Shown here piece by piece: positions 1-8,959 of a stretch of DNA of 64,000 nt. Source of the DNA: an uncultured Clostridium sp. (GTDB taxonomy: Bacteria > Bacillota > Clostridia > TANB77 > CAG-508); the NCBI GenBank assembly GCA_947653235.1, contig CANTGH010000001.1, positions 247,191 through 311,190 on the forward strand, written 5' to 3'. Made by a program: the position numbers and the translations under genes. Each line of letters begins with the position of its first letter. Position 1 is the stretch's first letter. A model generated the notes under the pieces. The model did not search any database, was not told where the DNA came from, and worked only from the letters and a program-made list of their open reading frames with translations.

Positions 1-19
1 TTATTTTCCTCCTTCCTTT

Positions 20-655
20 CTATTTACTTTGCTTTACGCTCGTCTTTATTTTTAAGATGCTACCTTTATTTCCAGGAACACTTCCCTTCACTAAAATCGC
101 ATTTTTATCTAAATCTACTCGAACAATGGTAAGATTTTGAATGGTCACGGTATCAACACCCATGTGACCTGGTAATTTCTTGCCTTTGAAAACTCTACCT
201 GGCGTTGAAGTTGATCCCATTGAACCTGGTCTTCTGTGATACATCGAACCATGTCCCATTGGTCCTCTGGATTGTCCATGACGTTTGATAACACCTTGGA
301 ACCCTTTTCCCTTTGTAATCCCTTGAATATCAACTGTTTCTCCTGCTTCAAATGTATCTACCTTGATTTCATCTCCTACTTTTACAGCCGATACATCTTC
401 TAACTTAAATTCTCTTAGATGTTTCATTGGCTTTACACTTGCTTTGCTAAAATGTCCTTTAGTTGGTTTGTTTACTTTGCTTTCTTTGACTTCTCCAAAA
501 CCTAATTGAACTGCATCATAACCATCTGTTTCAACTGTTTTTATTTGAACAACTGAACATGGTCCACATTCAATTACTGTTACTGGAATAACTACGCCTG
601 TTTCATCAAAGATTTGAGTCATACCAACTTTTCTTCCTATTATTGCTTTTTTCAT
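20..655 (-). CDS. rplC: 50S ribosomal protein L3 (uL3)
   Basis: 211-aa ORF starting [18 protein letters not shown], with a [13 protein letters not shown] segment typical of uL3. It lies directly downstream of rpsJ, as in the S10 operon. Confidence 0.97.
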   Translation of the reverse strand: MKKAIIGRKVGMTQIFDETGVVIPVTVIECGPCSVVQIKTVETDGYDAVQLGFGEVKESKVNKPTKGHFSKASVKPMKHLREFKLEDVSAVKVGDEIKVDTFEAGETVDIQGITKGKGFQGVIKRHGQSRGPMGHGSMYHRRPGSMGSTSTPGRVFKGKKLPGHMGVDTVTIQNLTIVRVDLDKNAILVKGSVPGNKGSILKIKTSVKQSK

Positions 656-729
656 TTTTATTTCCTCCTAAATTTCTATTGGCTGAATTTTCATTCAGCA
701 TGGCCTTTTAGGCTATTTTTTTAAGTAAG

Positions 730-1056
730 TTAAAACTTAATTTCAATATCAACACCTGCTGGTAATTCTAATTTGGTTAGATTATCAACAGTTTTTTGCG
801 TTGGATAAAGAATATCAATTACTCTTTTATGGGTTCTCATTTCAAATTGTTCTCTGGAATCTTTGTGTTTGTGTGGAGAACGTAAAATTGTTATGATTTC
901 TTTTTCAGTTGGAAGCGGAATTGGACCTGATACTTTTGCTCCTGTTCTTTTAGCAGTTTCTACTATTTTTTCAGCAGACTGTTCTAAAACGACATGATCA
1001 TAAGCTTTTAGTCGAATTCTAATTTTGTCACTTCCTATTTTGTTTGATGTTGCCAT
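730..1056 (-). CDS. rpsJ: 30S ribosomal protein S10 (uS10)
   Basis: 108-aa [13 protein letters not shown]...SGPIPLPT...[20 protein letters not shown] is the canonical S10 sequence. RBS AAAGGAGGG precedes the start. Confidence 0.97.
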   Translation of the reverse strand: MATSNKIGSDKIRIRLKAYDHVVLEQSAEKIVETAKRTGAKVSGPIPLPTEKEIITILRSPHKHKDSREQFEMRTHKRVIDILYPTQKTVDNLTKLELPAGVDIEIKF

Positions 1057-1083
1057 TTTTTTCCCTCCTTTTTAAATTCTACG

Positions 1084-1121
1084 AAAAAGTTGAAAAACAT
1101 TCTTTGATAAGGGTTTTCAAC
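1084..1121 (-). promoter_or_regulatory. Hairpin plus U-run (putative attenuator) in the long rpsJ 5' leader
   Basis: On the minus strand, GTTGAAAA...TTTTCAAC forms an 8-bp stem followed by TTTTT. It ends about 28 nt before the rpsJ start and lies inside a leader of about 320 nt that begins at the promoter at 1383-1412. Confidence 0.5.
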
Positions 1122-1382
1122 CTTTTTTGATTACGATAACGGCAAGTTATTAACGTATCCGAGTGTTTTCTTTTTCACCTTTTTAAATCCAAGTTATTTT
1201 TATTTTTTCTTAAAAATTCCCTTGGATAAGTTTTTCCCAAAAATACGTTTATCAAACTTATCGCCTGGTCTAAGCCACGACATACTCTGCAAGAGTTCCC
1301 TCCGCTTAAATAAAGTAAACAAAATTTCTCTTTATTTTACGTAGCCACATCTTGCTTCATCGCAAATCTACACGCAGTTGAT

Positions 1383-1412
1383 ATTATACTATGGATTGGT
1401 AGGATTTGTCAA
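1383..1412 (-). promoter_or_regulatory. Sigma-A type promoter of the rpsJ (S10) operon
   Basis: The minus strand reads TTGACA, an 18-nt spacer, then TATAAT. Confidence 0.6.
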
Positions 1413-1480
1413 TACTTTTTTTTACTTTTATGAAATTTTTATTTTTCGTTTCAAAAATCCTATTTTTATTAAAAATAACA

Positions 1481-1556
1481 AAAAAAGACCGAGCTTAATA
1501 AAAGTTCGGTCTTTTCTTTATTTTAACATATTTACGTAACTTTGTCAATAATCTGC
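1481..1556. repeat. Hairpin-plus-promoter repeat, copy R1 (bidirectional terminator hairpin 1487-1511 with flanking A/T runs)
   Basis: AAAAAAGACCGAGCTTAATAAAAGTTCGGTCTTTTCTT is nearly identical to the hairpin at 31497-31530. On the minus strand it is preceded by TTGACA-17-TAAAAT (1520-1548), which starts about 30 nt after the stop of the M23 peptidase gene. Confidence 0.6.
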
Positions 1557-1579
1557 TAGTAATTTTTATAACCTATTTT

Positions 1580-2398
1580 CTATTTTAAATAGATTGTCGG
1601 ATTAACTGTTACACCTTCTTTATACATTTCAAAATGCAAATGACATTCATCTGCTACCTCAAAACTTGCAGTTTCTCCAACTGTTGCAATTGTTTGTCCT
1701 TTTTCTACTTGTTCTCCTTCTTTGACGAATTCTGTTGTTAAAAGATTAGAATACATCGTTTTAAATCCATTTCCATGTGAGATGATGATCGTAAGACCAT
1801 ATCTTGGATCGTTTTTGATACTCTCAACGGTTCCTTTTTCTGCACTTGCTACAACAGAAGCTTTTTCTGCTTTAATATCAATTCCACTATGTGTACACCA
1901 TTCATCTAATGTTTCTGAATAGACAAGGGTTTCCATTGCATAATCCTTTATAATTTCTCCTGCCACAGGTGCTTGGAATTCAACCTTTTCTTCTGTTCCT
2001 TTTGGCGTGTTGTCCTCATTTTGTTCGGTTTGAGGTGTTTGTTCAGTTTTTTCCTCTTTTACTACTGGAGAAACTGGTTCTTTATTTTCTGGTAATTTGA
2101 CTGTATCGTCAGCTACATTTTGCGTTTCTAATTCAACTTGTACACTATTGTTTTCCGTTTCATTATTTGGTATTGTTTTGTCTGATGAATAACTTGCCTC
2201 TTCTAATTCTTCATTAGAAACAATATTTTCATTTTGCTCTGTTAAAGCTAGCAAATTAGCTTGTGCCTCATCGTTTAATTTTTTACTATACATCACAAAA
2301 ACAGTTACAAAAGCAACCACCGACAAAACGACTGCACCTGCAAATGTCATAATCATCTTTTTTCTTTTTTCTTCTTCAAAAAAATCTCTTCTACCCAT
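1580..2398 (-). CDS. Membrane-anchored M23/LytM family peptidase
   Basis: 272 aa. It has an N-terminal TM helix and a C-terminal HSGIDI...GLTIIISHGNGFKTMYSNL...HLHFE metallopeptidase motif pattern. Confidence 0.85.
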   Translation of the reverse strand: MGRRDFFEEEKRKKMIMTFAGAVVLSVVAFVTVFVMYSKKLNDEAQANLLALTEQNENIVSNEELEEASYSSDKTIPNNETENNSVQVELETQNVADDTVKLPENKEPVSPVVKEEKTEQTPQTEQNEDNTPKGTEEKVEFQAPVAGEIIKDYAMETLVYSETLDEWCTHSGIDIKAEKASVVASAEKGTVESIKNDPRYGLTIIISHGNGFKTMYSNLLTTEFVKEGEQVEKGQTIATVGETASFEVADECHLHFEMYKEGVTVNPTIYLK

Positions 2399-2515
2399 AT
2401 AAAATCAATTCCTTTCGTTTTTTATAATGGTAGTATCTTCATTTTTCTGAAAAATATGCAAAAATAAAATTTTATTTTTCTATTAATTTATTTTAGACAA
2501 ATCGTGTTGTTTTTC

Positions 2516-3658
2516 CTACAAATTAATAACTTGTTCCCAAGGCAAATCTGGTTTTCCAAAATGCCCATAATTGGTGGTTTTTCGATAAATTGGTTTACGC
2601 AAATTCAGTGTGTTCATAATGCCTCTTGGTGTCAAATCAAATGTTTTTTCAATCTTTTCGATGATTTCCTCTTCTGGAATTGTAGCTGTTCCAAAAGTAT
2701 CCACCAAAATAGAAACTGGTTTGGCAACACCAATCGCATAAGAAAGCTGAATTTCACATTTTTTCGCATAGCCATTTGCTACGACATTTTTAGCAACAAA
2801 TCTTGCCATATAACAAGCACTACGATCTACTTTGGTAGGATCTTTTCCCGAAAACGCACCACCACCGTGACGACTATATCCGCCATAAGTATCCACAATA
2901 ATTTTTCTTCCTGTTAATCCACTATCTCCCAAAGGTCCACCAATGACAAATCGTCCTGTTGGATTAATATAATATTTTGTGTTTTCATCTAATAATTCTT
3001 CTGGCACAATCGCCTCAATAACTTTTTCTTTGACATCTTTTTTCAAAACCGTCAAATCCGTGTCTTGCGTATGTTGTGTCGATACCACAATCGTATCTAC
3101 ACGAACTGGCTTATCGTCTTCATATTCTACAGTAACTTGCACTTTACCATCTGGTCTTATGTAATCCATTATGCCCTGTTTTCTAACTTCTGTCAATCTT
3201 TTTGATAATTTGTGAGCTAAATCAATTGGCATTGGCATAAAATCTGCTGTTTCATCTGTGGCAAAGCCAAACATCATGCCTTGATCACCTGCACCTTCTG
3301 ATTCTATCTTTTCTCCTTCTTTGTCTTCATATGACTTATCCACACCTAGTGCAATATCTGGGGATTGCTTTGAAATATTAATCAAAACCTTACATGTTGC
3401 ATAATCAATATCCACTTCCTTTTCATGATATCCCACTTCTTTGATGGCATCCCTTACCACTTTTTCTAAATCCACTTCTGCAATAGATGTAATTTCTCCT
3501 GTTAACAAAATTTGCCCTTTCCCAGCAACCGTTTCACAAGCCACTCTTGCATAAGGGTCTTTTTCAAAATAGCTATCTAAAACACTATCGGATATAAAAT
3601 CACATAATTTGTCTGGATGCCCCTCTGTTACACTTTCTGACGTAAATAATTTTTTCAT
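2516..3658 (-). CDS. metK: S-adenosylmethionine synthetase
   Basis: 380 aa. [20 protein letters not shown]... and [16 protein letters not shown] are hallmark MetK motifs. Confidence 0.97.
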   Translation of the reverse strand: MKKLFTSESVTEGHPDKLCDFISDSVLDSYFEKDPYARVACETVAGKGQILLTGEITSIAEVDLEKVVRDAIKEVGYHEKEVDIDYATCKVLINISKQSPDIALGVDKSYEDKEGEKIESEGAGDQGMMFGFATDETADFMPMPIDLAHKLSKRLTEVRKQGIMDYIRPDGKVQVTVEYEDDKPVRVDTIVVSTQHTQDTDLTVLKKDVKEKVIEAIVPEELLDENTKYYINPTGRFVIGGPLGDSGLTGRKIIVDTYGGYSRHGGGAFSGKDPTKVDRSACYMARFVAKNVVANGYAKKCEIQLSYAIGVAKPVSILVDTFGTATIPEEEIIEKIEKTFDLTPRGIMNTLNLRKPIYRKTTNYGHFGKPDLPWEQVINL

Positions 3659-3702
3659 TTTAAACTTCCTTTCTTGGTTTGATTTATGTTACAAGATTTT
3701 TG

Positions 3703-3850
3703 GCAAAAAAACCTTTGCAAAATGCAAAGGTTAACATTTCGATTTTAAAAATCATCAGCCAAAGCATTGCTTTGTCGGTATTAGCACCTTAAAAATTCAG
3801 GTTGCTGTGGAGTCATAAAGCCGATTCTCTCGTCCACTCTTGATAACATA
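3703..3850 (-). promoter_or_regulatory. SAM-I (S-box) riboswitch with terminator, upstream of metK
   Basis: The minus strand reads TTATCAAGAGTGGACGAGAGAATCGGCTTTATGACTCCACAGCAACC...AAGGTGCTAATACCGAC, which matches the S-box core (YUAUCAAGAG...GGCAACC...GGUGCUAA). The terminator hairpin AACCTTTGCATTTTGCAAAGGTT plus a T-run follows. Confidence 0.85.
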
Positions 3851-3858
3851 TTTTTGTT

Positions 3859-3887
3859 ATTTTATAATTTTTTAGATAGCTTGTCAA
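3859..3887 (-). promoter_or_regulatory. Sigma-A type promoter for the metK leader
   Basis: The minus strand reads TTGACA, a 17-nt spacer, then TAAAAT, immediately upstream of the S-box. Confidence 0.55.
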
Positions 3888-4011
3888 TAGTTCCTAAATA
3901 AAAAATTAGCTTTTTTCTATTTACTACTGTAATTAAACAAATAGAATGTTATAATCCTGATACTTTATTTTATCGAATTGCTATTATTCAAAAGCAAAAT
4001 TTCCCTAATAA

Positions 4012-4130
4012 AACATAAAAACACAGCCTTTCTAAAGGCTGTGTTGCGATTATGTCGCAAAATAGCAAACGAAAGAAAAAACTAAAAAATCGGGATAATT
4101 TTTTGCTATTTTCGTAAAAAATCCTCTACC
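4012..4130 (-). ncRNA. Candidate small RNA (about 115 nt) with its own promoter and terminator, class unknown
   Basis: It lies downstream of a consensus promoter (-35 at 4158-4163, -10 at 4135-4140). No ATG-initiated ORF is present. Three predicted hairpins are seen: CGAAAATAGCAAA/TTTGCTATTTTGCG, TTGCGA/TCGCAA, and the terminator ACACAGCC...GGCTGTGT followed by a T-run. Confidence 0.45.
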
Positions 4131-4206
4131 TTTTATTATATCACATTTACGTTAATTTGTCAACTTGACTTTTTGTAAAAACCTGCTCTCACTTGATTTT
4201 ACTCTG
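4116..4206 (-). repeat. Promoter-bearing intergenic repeat, copy A
   Basis: It shares CCTC(T/C)ACCTTTTATTATATCAYATT...GTCAA(C/G)TTGAC...TGCTCTCACTTGWTTTTACT with copies at 38438-38527 and 50038-50128. It begins about 15 nt after the polA stop codon. Confidence 0.7.
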
Positions 4207-4220
4207 GTTTTTGGCTTTTT

Positions 4221-6908
4221 TTATTTTGTTTCAAACCAATTTTGTCCTTCCTGCAAATCTACTTCTAAATCAACTAACAAGTTCGCTGCTTTTTGCATAC
4301 AAGTTTTCAAAATTTGGCTGACTTCCTCTTTTTCCCTTTCTAATGCTTCTATAATCAATTCGTCATGAATTTGCAGTACCATTTTAGATTGCAACTTTCG
4401 TTTTTTTAGTTCTCGGTAGACATCAATCATCGCAATTTTCATAATATCTGCTGCGGTTCCTTGAATGGGTGCATTCATAGCCGCTCTATCTCCGAATTTA
4501 CGAACCATATAATTATTGGAACTGATTTCTGGAATGTATCTCCTGCGATGAAACATTGTCTCTACATAGCCATTTTGCTTTGCTTTTTCAATTTCTTGCT
4601 CCATAAATTTTCCAATTCCATGATATTGCTCTAAATAAGAATCAATATATTGTTTTGCTTCTTTTCTACTAATTCCTAGCTGTTCTGCCAACCCAAAATC
4701 ACTGATACCATATACAATACCAAAATTGACTGCTTTGGCATGACTTCTCATTTCCTTTGTCACTTCTTCAACTGGAACACCAAATACTTGCGAAGCACAA
4801 ATTTGATGAATATCATGATGTGCTGTAAATGCCTTTATCATCCCTTCATCTTGCGACATATGAGCCAAAATGCGAAGCTCAATTTGAGAATAATCCGCAT
4901 CTAAAAAAACTTTGCCTTTTTCAGCTTTAAATAATTTTCGAATTTGTTTTCCTAAGTCTGTTCTTGTTGGAATATTTTGCAAATTCGGATCCGTACTGCT
5001 AAGTCTTCCAGTTGCTGCAACAGTTTGGTGAAATGTTGTATGAATACGGTTCGTTTTTGGATTAATATAGGGTAACATGCCTTCGACAAATGTCGAATTT
5101 AATTTTGAAACTTGCCTGTAAAACAAGACTTTTTCAATTATTGGATGTGTATTTCTCAATTTTTCTAAAGTGTCAACATCTGTTGAATATCCATTTTTGT
5201 TTTTCTTTTTATATGGCAATTCTAGTTTTTCAAATAAAATTTCGCCTAACTGTTTGGGTGAATTGATATTAAATTCTTGACCAGCTAATTCATAAATTTC
5301 ATGACTTAATCCTTGAATCTGCTTTTTCAATTCTTGTGACATTTTTTCAATGTCGTCTTTATCTACTAAAACACCTGTATAACGCATTTGTGCTAGAATT
5401 TCTGCACTTGGCATTTCAATATTTCGAAATAAATCTAATTGTTTTACTTCTTTTAATTTTTGCTCTAAAATCAGCTTTGTTTCTCCGATTATGTAACAAT
5501 ACATAGCATATTTATAATCTGTTTTTTCTTCTTGAATTTCTTGATCAAAAAAGCTAGTTTGTATATCTTCTTTTGGTTCTTGCTGATAATAATCTTCTAT
5601 TTCTAGGTTTAACTGTTGTTTTGCAATTTCCTCTAAAGAATACAAATTGGATCCAGAATTTAATAAATACATAGCAATTTTGGCATCAAACATCATATTT
5701 TGCGGATTTAGTCCAGCTTGTTTTAATAAGATAAAATCCTCTTTTATTTCATATCCACATTTTAAAATTTCATTATTTTCAAAAATTGGTTTAAAAATTT
5801 CATTATCAAACGGAACACAATATACTTTTTTTTCAGATTTTAAGTAAAGATTTATTGTTTCAATTTTCTTTTTTATGATGAAAGCATCTGGATCCTCTAT
5901 CAATTCGAAATAATAGTATATTTCTTTTTGTTCATAAATTTTATCTAGTATTGACTGGGGTTGATTAGTAGGAATATAAATAAATAAATCTTCAAGCTTT
6001 TTAGTTGGCTCATTTTCTTCACTTTCTAACTGAAAACGTTCGATAAAGCGCTTAAATCGTAATTCTCTGAATAATTCTAAAACCGCAGGCTTATTCCAAT
6101 CTTGCACTTGAAAGGTAGCTAAATCTTTTTCAATGGGTGCTTTTTTATCAATGGTGCCAAGTGTTCTGGAAAGATAGGCTAATTCTTTATTTTCTAATAA
6201 TTTTTCTTTTTGTTTTCCTTTGATTTGTGTATCACCATTCTCAATAGCTTCATATAATTGGTCAATATTTTTGTATTTTTGTATTAGGTTTAAAGCCGTC
6301 TTTTCGCCAATTCCAGGTACACCAGGGATATTGTCTGAGGCATCTCCCATTAATCCTTTAACTTCGATTAATTGTTCTGGTATAATACCATAAGTTTCGA
6401 AAATTTTATTGGCGTCAAAATCTTCCGTTTCTGTTTTTCCTTGTTTGGTTCTAGGAATACGAATAATAACTGTATCTTTCGCCAGCTGAAATGAATCTCT
6501 ATCACCTGTTAGCAAAATAACTTTTAACCCTTGCTGTGCTCCCCAATCACTTAATGTTCCTAAAATATCATCTGCCTCATAACCTGATTTTTCAATGATT
6601 TTTAAGTTCATCGCCTCTAACACTTTTTTTATAATTGGCATTTGAGCCGCTAATTCATCTGGCATTCCTTTACGTGTTCCTTTGTACTGACTGTACATTT
6701 CATGCCTCTTGGTTGGTGATTTTACATCAAAGGCAACAACCAAATATTCTGGTTTTTCATCTTCTAAAATACGAAACAAAATCGTCAAAAAACCATAAAC
6801 TGCATTGGTATAAGTTCCATCTGCTGTCTGTAGCATTTTACTTCCCATGATGCCATAAAAAGCTCGATTTAAAATACTATTCCCATCAATTACAATCAAT
6901 TTCTCCAA
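4221..6908 (-). CDS. polA: DNA polymerase I
   Basis: 895 aa. It has the 5'-3' exonuclease N-terminus (VIDGNSILNRAFYG) and the Pol A palm motifs (DYSQIELRILAH, QIHDELI). It uses a TTG start after GGGAGG. Confidence 0.96.
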   Translation of the reverse strand: MEKLIVIDGNSILNRAFYGIMGSKMLQTADGTYTNAVYGFLTILFRILEDEKPEYLVVAFDVKSPTKRHEMYSQYKGTRKGMPDELAAQMPIIKKVLEAMNLKIIEKSGYEADDILGTLSDWGAQQGLKVILLTGDRDSFQLAKDTVIIRIPRTKQGKTETEDFDANKIFETYGIIPEQLIEVKGLMGDASDNIPGVPGIGEKTALNLIQKYKNIDQLYEAIENGDTQIKGKQKEKLLENKELAYLSRTLGTIDKKAPIEKDLATFQVQDWNKPAVLELFRELRFKRFIERFQLESEENEPTKKLEDLFIYIPTNQPQSILDKIYEQKEIYYYFELIEDPDAFIIKKKIETINLYLKSEKKVYCVPFDNEIFKPIFENNEILKCGYEIKEDFILLKQAGLNPQNMMFDAKIAMYLLNSGSNLYSLEEIAKQQLNLEIEDYYQQEPKEDIQTSFFDQEIQEEKTDYKYAMYCYIIGETKLILEQKLKEVKQLDLFRNIEMPSAEILAQMRYTGVLVDKDDIEKMSQELKKQIQGLSHEIYELAGQEFNINSPKQLGEILFEKLELPYKKKNKNGYSTDVDTLEKLRNTHPIIEKVLFYRQVSKLNSTFVEGMLPYINPKTNRIHTTFHQTVAATGRLSSTDPNLQNIPTRTDLGKQIRKLFKAEKGKVFLDADYSQIELRILAHMSQDEGMIKAFTAHHDIHQICASQVFGVPVEEVTKEMRSHAKAVNFGIVYGISDFGLAEQLGISRKEAKQYIDSYLEQYHGIGKFMEQEIEKAKQNGYVETMFHRRRYIPEISSNNYMVRKFGDRAAMNAPIQGTAADIMKIAMIDVYRELKKRKLQSKMVLQIHDELIIEALEREKEEVSQILKTCMQKAANLLVDLEVDLQEGQNWFETK

Positions 6909-7048
6909 GTGATAGCCTCCCTTTTTATTTTTGGTATAAATATTATTGTGAACATCTTATCATTTTTTAGTCTAAATAGCAACCTTATTTGATAATAAAA
7001 AACAGATTAACTATTTTTATTCGTTAATCTGCTTAAACTTTAAATTTT

Positions 7049-8836
7049 CTAATTCGCTTTTCTGCCTTCCTTTCTTCCGAACATCATGTAATGTTCCAAA
7101 GCTCTTGAAAAATTAGAACCAAACTCGGCTTGTAAATCACCGTGATAACTTATATATTTTTGCACATTAAATGTGCTACTCGCTTGTCTTCCTTCATGAA
7201 TTCCGTTATTGACAAAATGGTTAAAGGCAGCTACATAATCTGAACTAAATGCTCTTTTCAAATCCGCATATTTCTCTAAATAATACTCTGGATCAAACAC
7301 AGGACTAGCACTGCGCCCTTCTCGTTTCCCACAAGCTTCATAATGTTCTTTTAAAGCCACTGCATTATTTCCAAAAGCTTGCTTTAAATCATTGTATTTG
7401 TTTGCATAATAATCAGCATCAAACAAATCATTGGCAATATTGATTGGTGGATCATTGATTGGTTGTCCACCTTCTGCTAACGCATAATATTTTATGTACT
7501 CTGTACCCAATCTTTTTTTAACATAACTACTTTGTGAATTGGCGTAATTTCTTACATTAAAATCTTTACTTCCTTGTCTTCCTTCTAAAGCACCAAATTG
7601 TACAAAATGGGACAAAGCACCTGTTTTACTAGCATAACAAGCTTTTTTCACATCTTCATTCTGATCCAAATAATAATTTACCAAAAAATATTTACTACCT
7701 TGTCTTCCTTCATAAATTCCATTGTTGACAAAATGATTAAAAGCTGCTACATAATCCGTTCGGAAAGCTTGTTTTAAATCCGCATATTGGTTGATATAAT
7801 AGATAGGATCAAAAGCTGGTGATGCACTACGACCTTCTCGTCTTCCGCAAGATTCATAATGTTTTTTTAACGCCGATGCATTGTTGCCAAACGTTGCCTT
7901 TAAATCTGGATAACGATTCGCATAATAAGTCGCATTAAACAAACATTCTGCTACATTAGCATGATGGTAAGAACGATAATATTGATAATCAATATCGACA
8001 TCCACTGGTGTACCAATTCCTGGAACACTTCCTTTATCTGTACATTGCCACATGGTATAATGTCCACCATAAGTTGGTCTATCAACATAATAATGCGCTA
8101 CCCAAACATCGTAGGAAGAACGCAAACTTGGACTCCAAGTATTATTTAAATAATTTGTACTACCATACAAAGATGATTTATAACCTCTGCTATTGACATA
8201 ATCTAAAAATACTTTGGCATTCGCATTTAATTGTGCATGCGATAACCCATTGGTTCGATAATTAGGTACATTATTAAAATATTCAAAATCATAAGCAATT
8301 GGGAATTTGACATCATACCCTCTGATTAAATCTAGCGTAACTGCTGCTTCTTGAAGAGCTTCTGCTTCGTTTAATGCTGTTGAGAAAAAGTATACACCAA
8401 CATAAATTCCGTTTTCTAGTGCCCCTTTTATGTTAGCTTCAAATTTCGGATCAATCGCAATGTTTCCTTCTGCTGCATAGCCTCTAAAAGCACATCGAAT
8501 CATCGCAAATTTAACCCCCGAGTCAGCAACTGCTTTCCAATTGATATCTCCTTGAAAACGTGAAACATCAATTCCAACTGCTGTTGTTTCATTTTGATAA
8601 GTTGCTATCAAACTTCCTATACTATCTCCTGATGAGCTTGTCAGCGTGGATGATGTCATTAATAATTTGATGTATAATGGATCCTCTTCTTCGTTTGATG
8701 ATACACTAACATCTGGCATTGTCGTTGTAATTCCTTCATAGGTAACTGTTTCGTCACTTGAAGTCGCTAAACAATTAACAGATAAACCTAGTAAGAATAG
8801 TAAAAATACAAATAAAATTCTTTTCTGTAATTTCAT
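7049..8836 (-). CDS. Secreted GH25 muramidase with C-terminal tandem repeats
   Basis: 595 aa. It has a signal peptide and a GIDVSRFQGDINW...GVYFFS GH25 core. About six repeats follow, of the form YY.N.Y.DLK.AFG.N...L..HY...G..EGR..S..FD. Confidence 0.85.
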   Translation of the reverse strand: MKLQKRILFVFLLFLLGLSVNCLATSSDETVTYEGITTTMPDVSVSSNEEEDPLYIKLLMTSSTLTSSSGDSIGSLIATYQNETTAVGIDVSRFQGDINWKAVADSGVKFAMIRCAFRGYAAEGNIAIDPKFEANIKGALENGIYVGVYFFSTALNEAEALQEAAVTLDLIRGYDVKFPIAYDFEYFNNVPNYRTNGLSHAQLNANAKVFLDYVNSRGYKSSLYGSTNYLNNTWSPSLRSSYDVWVAHYYVDRPTYGGHYTMWQCTDKGSVPGIGTPVDVDIDYQYYRSYHHANVAECLFNATYYANRYPDLKATFGNNASALKKHYESCGRREGRSASPAFDPIYYINQYADLKQAFRTDYVAAFNHFVNNGIYEGRQGSKYFLVNYYLDQNEDVKKACYASKTGALSHFVQFGALEGRQGSKDFNVRNYANSQSSYVKKRLGTEYIKYYALAEGGQPINDPPINIANDLFDADYYANKYNDLKQAFGNNAVALKEHYEACGKREGRSASPVFDPEYYLEKYADLKRAFSSDYVAAFNHFVNNGIHEGRQASSTFNVQKYISYHGDLQAEFGSNFSRALEHYMMFGRKEGRKAN

Positions 8837-8959
8837 ATTATTTTCCTCCTTTTTTTATTATTTTTATTATATCACTTTGATTTTTGCATGTAAAGTTTTT
8901 TCATTTAATTGTAAAAAAAAGTAATCTTAAATTTACAATTGATTTATTATGTATATTTT

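Noticed and set aside
145-351. 68-aa minus-strand ORF nested in rplC.
   Set aside because: It is an alternative frame of a highly conserved ribosomal protein gene, with no independent signals.
2504-2917. Plus-strand ORFs antisense to conserved minus-strand genes. Examples: 2504..2917 in metK, 40714..41124 in mreB, 43005..43562 in the DUF421 gene, 21148..21451 in ftsY, 47860..48190 in the glycine-rich gene, and 59795..60543 over secE/rpmG.
   Set aside because: They lie entirely within well-supported genes on the opposite strand. They have low-complexity or Phe/Ser/Leu-rich compositions typical of antisense AT-rich frames, and they lack RBSs.
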